A stretch of DNA of 64,000 bases from NCBI GenBank assembly GCA_963815215.1, contig CAWFFU010000010.1:160001-224000 (forward strand), read 5' to 3'. The notes under the pieces were generated by a model. It searched no databases. It was not told the origin of the DNA and saw only the letters and a list, made by a program, of their open reading frames with translations. Numbering within the stretch: position 1 is the first letter of the stretch; every line of letters starts with the position of its first letter. Of this stretch, positions 49,767 through 58,868 are shown piece by piece. Both the position numbers and the translations under genes were made by a program. The DNA is from an uncultured Trueperaceae bacterium (GTDB lineage: Bacteria > Deinococcota > Deinococci > Deinococcales > Trueperaceae).

Positions 49767-50570
49767 TCAGCTCCGCTGCGCGTTCGCGCGCACGGCCGCG
49801 GCCACGTAGACCGCCAGGCCCGGCGCGCGATCGTCGTAGTGCCTGGCGAAGCGCGGGTCCGCCTCGTACAGATCGGCCAGACCGGCGTGCATCTCCGTGC
49901 TGCAGTCGTAGAACCAGCGGCCGATGTGCTGCCGGTGCTCCTCGGCGGCGTCCATGGCCTCGGGAGCGTCCGCCGGCACGCCGGCGGCGTACGCCCGGGC
50001 GAGGCGACGTTCGATCCGCTCCGCTTCCTGCTGCATGCGCGTCCAGTCCTCCTTGCCGTAGCGCCGGGTGCGCTCCCGGCTCTGCCGGTAGGCGTCGGTG
50101 TCCCCCCAGCGTTCCTCGGCTTCGACGGCGTGTTCGGTCGGGTCGACGTCGCCGAAGACCTCCAACATCTCCTTGGGGTCGAGGTCGATTCCCATCTGGT
50201 AGGCCTCCATCGTCTTGTGCAGGGTGGCGCGCATCGCGGCGATGCGCTCCATGCGCGCCTCGAGCTGCGCCGCCTGGCGCCTGAGATGCTCGAGGCGATC
50301 GGTGGCGGGGTCGTCGAGCAGGTCGCGGATAGCGCTGAGCTCGAAGCCGAGCTCGCGATACGCGAGGATGCGTTGCAGCCGCTCGAGGTCGCCGGGGCTG
50401 TAGCGGCGGTAGCCGTTGGCGGCGCGCTCCGTCGGGCACAGCAAGCCGATGGCGTCGTAGTGGTGGAGCGTGCGGACGCTCACGGCCGCGATCGCCGCGA
50501 CGTCGCTCACGGCGTAGCGCCGTTGCGCCCGTCGGCCGGCCGACGGGCCGTGCTCCGGGGTACGGGTCAT
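49767..50570 (-). CDS. tipA: MerR-family thiopeptide-responsive activator, TipA-like
   Basis: VSVRTLHHYDAIGLL, NGYRRY HTH; C-terminal TipAS domain (MGIDL, EAEERWGDTDAY, FYDC). Confidence 0.88.
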   Translation of the reverse strand: MTRTPEHGPSAGRRAQRRYAVSDVAAIAAVSVRTLHHYDAIGLLCPTERAANGYRRYSPGDLERLQRILAYRELGFELSAIRDLLDDPATDRLEHLRRQAAQLEARMERIAAMRATLHKTMEAYQMGIDLDPKEMLEVFGDVDPTEHAVEAEERWGDTDAYRQSRERTRRYGKEDWTRMQQEAERIERRLARAYAAGVPADAPEAMDAAEEHRQHIGRWFYDCSTEMHAGLADLYEADPRFARHYDDRAPGLAVYVAAAVRANAQRS

Positions 50571-50596
50571 GCCCTGGTACCTCCTTCCCGGAGCGT

Positions 50597-50627
50597 AGCC
50601 TAGAGCCTCACGTACCGTGAGGGTCAA
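50597..50627 (-). promoter_or_regulatory. MerR-type promoter with 19-bp spacer and dyad operator
   Basis: TTGACC-N19-TAGGCT; CCTCACG-TAC-CGTGAGG at 50606-50622. Confidence 0.9.
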
Positions 50628-50800
50628 GGCCCTCGCGCGATCGCCGGGCGCGGCGCCGGACCCGCGTCCTCCCGGTACCATGCGAGTTATGGAGGTCGTC
50701 GCACGGTGACGGTGAATGGCGGCAGCGGGGAGGGCGCCCGCCGGCCCGGCCCGGCCCTCGCAGCAGCCGCCGGCCTGTCCCGGAGTCCGGAGCCCGCGCC

Positions 50801-51862
50801 GTGACGTTCGCCTGGCTGCTGCTGCTGGTGCCGGTGTCGGTGGCGGCGAAGCTCGTGCTCCACCTGCCCGATCTGGCGGTGTTCGGGCTCGCCATCGTGG
50901 CGATCGTGCCGCTGGCCGAGTGGATCCGCCGCGCAACCGAACAGCTCGCGCGCCTGACGGGGCCCGCCGTGGGGGGGCTGCTCAACGTGACCTTCGGCAA
51001 CACCGCGGAGCTGGTGCTGGCGCTGTTCGTACTCCAGGCAGGTCACACCGACGTGGTGAAGGCGCAGATCACCGGGTCTATCATCGGCAACTGTCTGCTG
51101 GGCTTCGGCGTAGCGGTCCTGGTCGGGAGCTGGGGGCGGGAGCGGCAGACCTTCAGCCGCGAGCGGGCGGGACTGTTGTCGAGCCTGCTGGTGATGGCCG
51201 TGCTGGGCCTGCTGGTGCCGGCCCTGTTCGACATCACCGAGCGCGCGGCGGGCGTGCCGAACGTCGCCGCCCTCGACGAGCGACTGAGCCTGGGCGTGTC
51301 GGTGGTGCTGGTGCTCGTCTACCTGGGGAACCTGGCCTACACGCTGGTCACCCACCGCGACGTGTTCGCGCGGCACCAGCCGGAGGCGGTGGCGAGCTGG
51401 CCGTTGTGGGCGGCGCTGGGCGTGCTGCTCGGCGCGACCGCCCTGACGGCGCTCGAGGCCGAGCTGGTGTCGGGCGCGCTGGACGCCACGGCGGCCGGCC
51501 TCCACCTGACCCCCTTCTTCCTGGGCATCACCGTGCTGGCCGTGGTGGGCAACGCCGCCGAGTACATCTCGGCGGCCTACTTCGCGCGGCAGGACCGGAT
51601 GGGGCTGGTGCTGTCCATCACCGTCGGCTCGAGCATCCAGGTGGCCCTGCTGGTGGCGCCGCTGCTGGTGCTGGTGTCGTTCCTGATGGGCCGGCCGATG
51701 GACCTGGTGTTCGCCAATCCCCTCGAGCTCATCGCCATCGCCGGGGTCAGCTTCGTCGTCAATGCCATCGCCAGCGACGGCGAGACCACCTGGTTCGAGG
51801 GCATGCTGCTGGTGGCGGTGTACGTGGTGCTGGGCCTGGCGTTCCTGTTCGCCGCACCCTGA
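50801..51862 (+). CDS. cax: Ca2+/H+ antiporter (CAX/ChaA family)
   Basis: [37 protein letters not shown]. Confidence 0.92.
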   Translation: MTFAWLLLLVPVSVAAKLVLHLPDLAVFGLAIVAIVPLAEWIRRATEQLARLTGPAVGGLLNVTFGNTAELVLALFVLQAGHTDVVKAQITGSIIGNCLLGFGVAVLVGSWGRERQTFSRERAGLLSSLLVMAVLGLLVPALFDITERAAGVPNVAALDERLSLGVSVVLVLVYLGNLAYTLVTHRDVFARHQPEAVASWPLWAALGVLLGATALTALEAELVSGALDATAAGLHLTPFFLGITVLAVVGNAAEYISAAYFARQDRMGLVLSITVGSSIQVALLVAPLLVLVSFLMGRPMDLVFANPLELIAIAGVSFVVNAIASDGETTWFEGMLLVAVYVVLGLAFLFAAP

Positions 51863-52033
51863 CCCGGCGCTGCCCGGGCGGCGCCGGTCCTGAGGGCCGT
51901 ACCGGGCGCGGTGCGCGGGGTGTGCCTCGCGCCCACGACGGTGCCCGCGAGTACCGCTACACTGGCGTCAGGTCCCCGTCACAACCTTTCACGTCGTCCC
52001 GCAGTCTCGTGAGGGACCGGAAGGAGCGCCGGT

Positions 52034-52402
52034 ATGCGCTTCACACGACGTTGGCTGGTAGCGGTGAGTCTGGCGGCGGGGGCGTGGCTCTTCTTCTCGC
52101 CGTGGCTGCTGGGATACACCGCGGTAGCGGTCGCAACCTGGATGTCGTATCTCCTCGGGGCCGCGATCTTCGTGGCCGCCCTGTGGGCGATGATGGCGAG
52201 AGAGCCGAGGAACCCGGAGCTGATCACGGCCATCCTGGGCGCGTTGGTGTTCGCGTCGCCCTGGATGCTCGGCTTCATGTCTGAATCGGCTGCCCGCGTC
52301 GACGCCTGGTTCGTCGGTGCGGTGGTGGTCGTGGCGGCGTTGCGTGCCGCGACGATGGAGTATGCCGGCCACCGTCCGGAACGGCGGCATCCGGTGGCCT
52401 GA
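52034..52402 (+). CDS. SPW-repeat membrane protein
   Basis: GAWLFFSPWLLGY and FASPWMLGF; GAAGGAG RBS. Confidence 0.85.
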   Translation: MRFTRRWLVAVSLAAGAWLFFSPWLLGYTAVAVATWMSYLLGAAIFVAALWAMMAREPRNPELITAILGALVFASPWMLGFMSESAARVDAWFVGAVVVVAALRAATMEYAGHRPERRHPVA

Positions 52403-52482
52403 TCGAGGCACCGGTCGCGACCTCGAGCGATGTACTCCGGTCGCCGCACCACATGGTGCGGCGACCGGCTCCGCTGGGGCCT

Positions 52483-53052
52483 TCAGCGGGACGTCGTGGT
52501 CGTCGCGTGGGTGTGGCTCAGTCGTCGCGGCGGCGGCCCTGAGCTGCCGCGAACCAGCAGCCGGGCGGGGAAGACGCGGCGCACCGGCTCGTCGCCGTTC
52601 GTTCTGCTCTCCACCAGATCGAGCAGGATGTCGATCGAGGCCTGCGCCATGGCTTCGATCGGCTGCTCGATGACGTCGATCCGCGGCTCGACGAGCTGCG
52701 TCCAGGAGTAGTTGTCGAAGGTCACGAGGGAGACGTCGCGGGGCACGCGCAGGCCCGCTTCGCGGATGGCGCGGTAGGCGCCGGCCCCCTGGCCGCCCGT
52801 GAGAGCGAGCAGGGCGGTCGGCGGTTCGGGCAGGGCCAGCAGCTCGCGCGCGAAGGCATAGGCTTCGCTCTCGGTGAGGGCGATGACCCGGCGGTACTGC
52901 GGTCGCGCCCGCAGGCCGACGTCGGCGAGAGCGCGCTCGAAGCCTAGCGAGCGGTCCTCGGGGTTGCGTTCGGGGTCGAACGCGCCGAGTGCCGCGATGC
53001 GCCGGTGTCCGAGCGCGGCCAGGTGGCGCACGCCCAGCTCGACGGCGCCAAC
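52483..53052 (-). pseudogene. LacI-family regulator, C-terminal part only
   Basis: HLAALGHRRIA, PPTA, GLRVPRDVSLVTFD, LLVRGS; HTH missing, sequence switches into a permease at about 53052. Confidence 0.85.
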
Positions 53053-53343
53053 ACCGCCCAGGTGATGGCGCGCGTGGTGTTGCCCGTCGCCATCCCCGGC
53101 CTCGCTTCGACCTGCCTGCTGGCCGTCATCCTGGCGTGGAACGAGGCCTTCTGGAGCATCAACCTCACCAACACCTCGGCCGCCACGCTGCCGGTGTTCA
53201 TCGCCGGCTTCAAGACCGCCGAGGGCTTGTTCTGGGCGAAGATGTCGGCAGCGTCGGCGCTGGCCGTGGCGCCGATCCTGGTGTTCGGCTGGATGGCGCA
53301 GCGGCAGCTCGTCCGCGGCCTCACCTTCGGTGCCGTCAAGTAA
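53032..53343 (+). pseudogene. Carbohydrate ABC permease, C-terminal part only
   Basis: AQLDGA, ILAWNEAFW, LVRGLTFGAVK; N-terminal part absent. Confidence 0.85.
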
Positions 53344-53420
53344 CGCGGCCCAGCGCACCCCTCGCCCGCGCCCGGCTGCCCCGTCCGCTCGTCCACCCTC
53401 GTTCTCTACGGGAGGTTTCC

Positions 53421-54194
53421 ATGGCTGAGTCCAATCCCTTCGATCTCTCCGGTCGCGTCGCAGTCGTGACCGGCGCCGGCCGCGGTATCGGCCGAGCCAT
53501 CGCATCCGCGCTGGGCGCCGCCGGCGCGTCCGTCGGGGTGGCCGAGTACCTGGAGGAGAACGGTCGGCGCGCCGCCGAGGAGCTCGTCCACGAAGGCGTC
53601 GATTGCGCCTACCTGCCGGTCGACGTGCGCGATCCCGACAGCGTCCGGGCCATGGTCGGGGCCGCGCTGGAACGCTTCGGGCGCATCGACATATTGGTGA
53701 ACAACGCCGGTGTGGCCACCAACACGCCCTCCGAGGACGTCAGCGACGACGAGTGGATGCAGGTGATGAACGTCAACCTCAACGGCACCTTCTGGTGCTG
53801 TCGCGAGGTAGGCCGCCACATGCTGGAGCGCGGCTCGGGCGCGATCGTCAACATGGCCTCCATGTCCGGCGTGATCGCCAACGCGCCGCAGCCGCAGAGC
53901 CACTACAATGCCTCCAAGGCCGGCGTCATCCTGCTCACCAAGTCGCTGGCCGGCGAGTGGGCGAAACGCGGGGTGCGGGTCAACGCGGTGTCGCCCGGCT
54001 ACATCGGGACCGAGATGACCAAGCGCGGGATGAGCCACGCCGAGTGGTACCGGATGTGGTTGGACATGACGCCGATGGGCCGCGTGGGGGAACCGGACGA
54101 GGTCGCCCGGGCGGTGTGGTTCCTGGCCTCCGACGCCGCCAGCTTCGCGACCGGCACCAACCTGCTGATCGACGGCGGCTACACCTCCTGGTGA
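53421..54194 (+). CDS. SDR polyol dehydrogenase-like oxidoreductase
   Basis: TGAGRGIG, NNAG, ASMSG, PQPQSHYNASK; GGAGG RBS. Confidence 0.9.
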   Translation: MAESNPFDLSGRVAVVTGAGRGIGRAIASALGAAGASVGVAEYLEENGRRAAEELVHEGVDCAYLPVDVRDPDSVRAMVGAALERFGRIDILVNNAGVATNTPSEDVSDDEWMQVMNVNLNGTFWCCREVGRHMLERGSGAIVNMASMSGVIANAPQPQSHYNASKAGVILLTKSLAGEWAKRGVRVNAVSPGYIGTEMTKRGMSHAEWYRMWLDMTPMGRVGEPDEVARAVWFLASDAASFATGTNLLIDGGYTSW

Positions 54195-54261
54195 ACCAAC
54201 CGGGACGGTGCCCGGCGCAGTGGCGAGCGGGCGCCGCCCCGTCGCGAGAGGACGGTGCAGG

Positions 54262-55242
54262 GTGCTGCAAGTCGAGATCCCAGGCGTAGGCGAGGTCCGC
54301 GTGGTCGAGGTCGAGCCCTCGACGCCGGCTGCTGAGCAGGCCCTCGTGAGGGTCGAGGCCATCGGCATCTGCGGCTCCGATCTCCATACCCTCCACGGGG
54401 AGCACCCGTTCGTGAGCTATCCGGTGTGGCCGGGTCACGAGCTGGTGGGTGTGGTCGAGTCCGTGGGGGCGGCCGTGGACCGGTCGCTGATCGGCGTGCG
54501 CGTGGCTCTGGAGCCCTCGCTGCCCTGTGGTCGCTGCCGGACCTGTCGAGAGGGCCGTTACAACATCTGCGAGAACCTGCGCGTGCTGGGCTTCCAGGCT
54601 CCCGGCGGCATGGCCGAGACGTTCGTGGTGAACGCCGAGCGCCTGCACCCACTGCCCGACACGCTGTCGGTCGACGGTGGCGCGCTGGTGGAGCCGATGG
54701 CGGTGGCGGTGCATGCCGCACGCCTGCCGGGGCCGCTGGCGGCTCTGCGTGTCGGGGTGGTCGGCGCCGGCACCATCGGACTGCTCACCGGCGTGGCGGC
54801 GGGCGCCTACGGCGCAGCCGAGGTCACCGTGGCCGACCCGCTCGAGCCTCGACGCGACGTAGCCGCGGCGCTGGGCCTCCGAGCGGTGCCGTTGCTGCCG
54901 GCGGCGAGCTGCGACGTGGTGTTCGAATGCGTCGGGAACGAGTCGGCGCTGCGTGCATCGGTGGACGCCGTCGCCAAGGGCGGGACGGTGGTGGTGGCAG
55001 GCGTCTACGGCACCGATCCTCAGGTGCAGGCCGGCCTGGTCCAGGACCGTGAATTGCGGCTGCAAGGGAGCTTGATGTACGTGGCGTCGGACGTTCGGGA
55101 CGCCATCCGCCTGCTGGCTGAGGGGCGAGTGGACCCGCAGCGGGTGATCACGCACCGGTTCGCCCTGGCGCAGGCCGCGGAGGCGTTCCGCGTGGCCGGC
55201 GCCCGCGGGGAGGCGCTCAAGGTCCTGCTGATCCCGTCGTAG
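54262..55242 (+). CDS. Zn-dependent alcohol/polyol dehydrogenase
   Basis: GICGSD, GHE, CGRCRTC..C, GAGTIG; start approximate. Confidence 0.9.
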   Translation: MLQVEIPGVGEVRVVEVEPSTPAAEQALVRVEAIGICGSDLHTLHGEHPFVSYPVWPGHELVGVVESVGAAVDRSLIGVRVALEPSLPCGRCRTCREGRYNICENLRVLGFQAPGGMAETFVVNAERLHPLPDTLSVDGGALVEPMAVAVHAARLPGPLAALRVGVVGAGTIGLLTGVAAGAYGAAEVTVADPLEPRRDVAAALGLRAVPLLPAASCDVVFECVGNESALRASVDAVAKGGTVVVAGVYGTDPQVQAGLVQDRELRLQGSLMYVASDVRDAIRLLAEGRVDPQRVITHRFALAQAAEAFRVAGARGEALKVLLIPS

Positions 55243-55251
55243 GACGAGCGC

Positions 55252-57207
55252 TCAGCCGGCGAGGAACGGCACCTGCCAGTACACCAGGAAAGGCAGGAAC
55301 AGCGCCGCCGCGATCGCCACCACCACCGCCACCACGGTGCGCGGCGCGCGCGTGCTACGGCGCACCAGCAAGGTCAGGACCGCAAGGGCGACGGCCAGGA
55401 CGCCGCTCAGTGCCGAGAGCGCCCTCAGACCGGCTGCGAGCGGCGGCAGCGACAGGCCGTGGGGGTGGTAGAGCCCGAGTAGGAAGCCGATCGCCACCGC
55501 CATGCCCGCTAGCAGCGCCAGGTCCACCAGACTGACGAGCGCCTGGGTGACGCGGAGCAATGAGGCGGCGCGGCTCGCCGGCGCGTCGCTCGCTTCCGGG
55601 CGCGTGGCCGCTGTTCGGAGTGCGCTTGCTCCTCGGCGCGTGTCCGGCTCGCGCCGGCCGCCGATCGCGTCGGGCCGCCGGCGACGAGGCAGCACGCTCA
55701 ACAGCAGACCCTCGCCGAACGCGATCAGGAAGAACACGGCGGCGCCGAGCTGCACCCAGGGGCTGGCGTACCAGGGGGGCGGCCGGTCGCTGCTGGTGGG
55801 CAGCAACAGCGACCGGTCCGCGGCGGGACCGCGCGCCGTGCTCGAGAGCGGGCTCGCCCCGGCAGCGGCCGGCAGGGGCGCTGCCGGCGCCGTCGGAGCG
55901 GTCGTCCCGGCGGTCGTTGCGGTCGTCGCCGCCACCAGCGCCAGGGGGGAGGGCGCTGTGCCGACCGCTGTGCCTACCGCTGTGCCGCCCGCGCTGGCGA
56001 GGAGCGCGCCGCCTGGAGCCGCCGGGGCCAGGCTGCGGACCACGGTCGTGGTCCACCCCACCACCAGCGAGCGGTAGGTGGGGTCGGCGGCCCGGCGGGC
56101 GTTGGCGAGTGCGCTAGCGGAATCGCCGCCGACGCCTGCGCCGTCATGCCCCTGGTTCTGGCGCCCCAGCACGCCGACGTGATCCAGGGGCTGGTCGCGG
56201 TGCTGCGCGGCCTGCAGCAGCGCCACCGTGGGTTTGACGCCGGGGGCGTTGGGGTCGAGGTCGTCGTACACCAGCAGGGTCGGCGCCCTGGCGCGCTTCA
56301 GAGCGTCGGCCGGTGTGTTGTAGGGGTCGTCCTTCAGGAATCCGAGCTGGCTATGCGGCAACAGCGCGGCCAGCACCGGACGGGCGCCCACCAGCAGCCG
56401 CACTCCGCGCATGGCGGCGTCCGCGGCAGCCGAGGAGAAGCCCCTGGCGCGCACGACGTCGCCGGTGCGCCAGATCTCCTCCTGGCCCAACGGAGCGGCC
56501 GAGGTGTTGAGCAGGATCAGGAAGGCGACGTCGGCGTGCTCTCCCACGAAGGGAGCCAGCCAGGCTCCCTGGCCGACGCCCCAGACGCCCACCCGCGAGG
56601 GGTCGACGTCCGCCTGCCGACGCACCGCCGCGACGGCCGCCACCGCGTCGCCGACCTCGTCGTTGAGGTCCAGGGTGCTGCGCCAGTCGCCGGTCGAGGC
56701 GCCCGTCCCGCGCTTGTCGTAGGCGAAGGCGGCGACGCCGTGGGACGCGAACAGTCGGGCGTCGGCGGCGGCCTGGTCCCGGCCCGCGGCGCCGCGTCCC
56801 GGCAGGAGCACCACCGCGGGGAAGGGGCCCGTACCGGCGGGCAGCAGCAGCGTTCCGGCGAGCGTGACGGCGCCGTTGTGCACGGACAGGTCCCGCGCCA
56901 CGGGGGGACCGACCGGCACCGCGGCGGGAGACGCAACGGCGGGAGACGCTACGGCGGGGGCGGAGCGCGCTGAGGGGTCGTTGGCGGCCCCGCCGCTCGT
57001 GAGCGCCGGGACGTCCACCGCGGCGAAGGGGTCGGAGGCCGGGAGCCGATCCAGTCCCGTCCGGCCCGCGGCAGCCCGGAGCGGTAGGTTCGCGCCCAGG
57101 GCCCAGCCGAGTCCCAGCGCGATCGTCAGGACGGCGGCGGCGGCACGCCGACGTCTTGACGGGGCACGTCGGCGTGGGAGCGGGTTCCGAGAGTTGGCAA
57201 GACGCAA
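55252..57207 (-). CDS. Membrane-anchored alpha/beta hydrolase-fold protein lacking the nucleophile Ser
   Basis: LAGTLLLP, GPFPAVVL, YDKRGTGAS, GVWGVGQG; N-terminal TM, Ala/Pro/Thr linker, about 4 C-terminal TM; TTG start after GGGAGG. Confidence 0.75.
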   Translation of the reverse strand: MRLANSRNPLPRRRAPSRRRRAAAAVLTIALGLGWALGANLPLRAAAGRTGLDRLPASDPFAAVDVPALTSGGAANDPSARSAPAVASPAVASPAAVPVGPPVARDLSVHNGAVTLAGTLLLPAGTGPFPAVVLLPGRGAAGRDQAAADARLFASHGVAAFAYDKRGTGASTGDWRSTLDLNDEVGDAVAAVAAVRRQADVDPSRVGVWGVGQGAWLAPFVGEHADVAFLILLNTSAAPLGQEEIWRTGDVVRARGFSSAAADAAMRGVRLLVGARPVLAALLPHSQLGFLKDDPYNTPADALKRARAPTLLVYDDLDPNAPGVKPTVALLQAAQHRDQPLDHVGVLGRQNQGHDGAGVGGDSASALANARRAADPTYRSLVVGWTTTVVRSLAPAAPGGALLASAGGTAVGTAVGTAPSPLALVAATTATTAGTTAPTAPAAPLPAAAGASPLSSTARGPAADRSLLLPTSSDRPPPWYASPWVQLGAAVFFLIAFGEGLLLSVLPRRRRPDAIGGRREPDTRRGASALRTAATRPEASDAPASRAASLLRVTQALVSLVDLALLAGMAVAIGFLLGLYHPHGLSLPPLAAGLRALSALSGVLAVALAVLTLLVRRSTRAPRTVVAVVVAIAAALFLPFLVYWQVPFLAG

Positions 57208-57356
57208 GGTGGGCCTCCCGCGGAAGTCGGTTCTCCGAGCATAGAACGGAGGGCCGGCGGCGGACCGCTGGGCAGTCACGCCGTCCTCGCGCGCCGCCGC
57301 CTGCACCACCCCGCGGAGGATCCCGCCTCTCGTTCGCGTCGACGTGGCGCAGCCGC

Positions 57357-57417
57357 TTGACAGGTCCCGCCCGTCGTTGCATTATTTAACCAACTGGTCA
57401 GGAAAAGACCTGACCAG
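57357..57417 (+). promoter_or_regulatory. Promoter and operator palindromes upstream of SPW gene
   Basis: TTGACA-N17-CATTAT; TAACCA-AC-TGGTCA; CTGGTCAGG-N6-CCTGACCAG at 57394-57417. Confidence 0.7.
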
Positions 57418-57449
57418 ACGTACATCTCGGAACCGGAAGGAGGTTCCTC

Positions 57450-57809
57450 ATGCGTGCATGGACTCGCGGGCAAGACTGGATCAACCTACTGGCAGGCGTC
57501 TGGCTGTTCTTCTCGCCCTGGATCCTGGCCTTCACGGGCGCCTCGGCCGGCGCTTGGAACGCATGGATCCTCGGCGCGCTGGTGGTCATCGTGGCGTTGT
57601 GGTCGCTCGGGAACCCGGAGTCCCGCGGCGTGCTGTGGCTGCAGGTCATCTTCGGGGCGTGGACGTTCATCGCGCCCTGGGTGCTCGGCTTCGCGGTGGC
57701 GGCCGTCGCCGCCTGGAACGCCTGGATCCTGGGCGCCATCATCTTCATCCTCGCTCTCTCGGCGATGGGCTCCGCGGGCGAGCCGCGCGGCGCGCCGCAG
57801 CGAGCCTGA
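57450..57809 (+). CDS. SPW-repeat membrane protein
   Basis: QDWINLLAGVWLFFSPWIL, FIAPWVLGF, AWNAWILG x2. Confidence 0.9.
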   Translation: MRAWTRGQDWINLLAGVWLFFSPWILAFTGASAGAWNAWILGALVVIVALWSLGNPESRGVLWLQVIFGAWTFIAPWVLGFAVAAVAAWNAWILGAIIFILALSAMGSAGEPRGAPQRA

Positions 57810-57986
57810 GCGAGCGTCCGCCACGTAGCGTACAGACGAGAGCGAACCGACGACGGTCGGAACATCCGGGCGGGCCCGAACGAGGGCTCGCCCGGACTCG
57901 TACACTGGACGGGAAGTCATGGAACACGAACTGCGAACGCCACGGGATTCCCGCGTTGCGGCGCGGCGGTCGAGTCGAGGCGTGCC

Positions 57987-58652
57987 ATGAGCCCGCCGGC
58001 CCCACCGTTCGGCACGAACGGGGGCGACGCCTCGACCGACGCCCCCTCCGCGGACGGCGCCGGGCGCAAGAGCAAGAGCGTGGGACGGCCGAGGGTGGAT
58101 CGGCAACAGGCGGAGGCGCGGTGCAAGATCTTGGACGCGGCCGAGGCGCTCTTCGCCGAGAACGGTTTCGACGCCACCCCTACCAGTGCCGTCGCCGCCC
58201 GCGCCGGCGTGACCAGCGCGCTGATCTTCTACTACTTCCAGACCAAGCGCGGCCTGCTGCAGGCGCTCATCGACGAGCGCCCGTTCTTGCCGCGCTTCGC
58301 CGAGCTGGTGGCGGACGTCGATGCCGGCGACCGTCGCACCCTGCTGCGCATCGCCGGTGAGCGGCTCTACGATCTCGCCCACCGCAGCGGGCCGATGGTG
58401 CGCATCGTGGTGCGTGAGATCCTGCAACGCGACGAGTTGCGGCGTCACTGGGAAGATGTCTTGGAGCGCGCCGTCACGGCCCTGGCCGAACGGGTCCGTG
58501 CGACCGACGGTCCCGTGCTGGACGGGGAGCGGGCCGATGCCGTGGCGCGCCTGTTCTTCAACGCCGTGGCCTTCCAGGCGCTCTTCGGACCCGATATCGA
58601 CAAGGAGCGCACCGTTGCCGAGGCAGTCGAAGTGGTGCTCGCGGGCGCCTGA
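57987..58652 (+). CDS. TetR-family regulator
   Basis: GRPR, ILDAAEALFAENGF, AGVTSALIFYYFQTK. Confidence 0.9.
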   Translation: MSPPAPPFGTNGGDASTDAPSADGAGRKSKSVGRPRVDRQQAEARCKILDAAEALFAENGFDATPTSAVAARAGVTSALIFYYFQTKRGLLQALIDERPFLPRFAELVADVDAGDRRTLLRIAGERLYDLAHRSGPMVRIVVREILQRDELRRHWEDVLERAVTALAERVRATDGPVLDGERADAVARLFFNAVAFQALFGPDIDKERTVAEAVEVVLAGA

Positions 58653-58868
58653 ACGCCCGCTGGCGTACGTCCGACTCGGGTCCTCCGTGCCGCCGCTCGC
58701 CCGCGCATGTGGGGCTCCGAGGGGTTCGATCGCCGGTGGTAGGTTGGGTCTGCCGGCGGCCACCGGTCCGTACCGGAGCGGCCGCGCCGACGTCACGATC
58801 GAGGGCCGTTCGCGTTGGCGGCGGGCGTATTGCTCGAGCGGCCCACCCCTCGAAGGGAGCTGGAGAGC

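Noticed and set aside
52483..53505. 340-aa ORF as an intact LacI
   Set aside because: Its N-terminal 151 codons are antisense permease/SDR sequence with no HTH.
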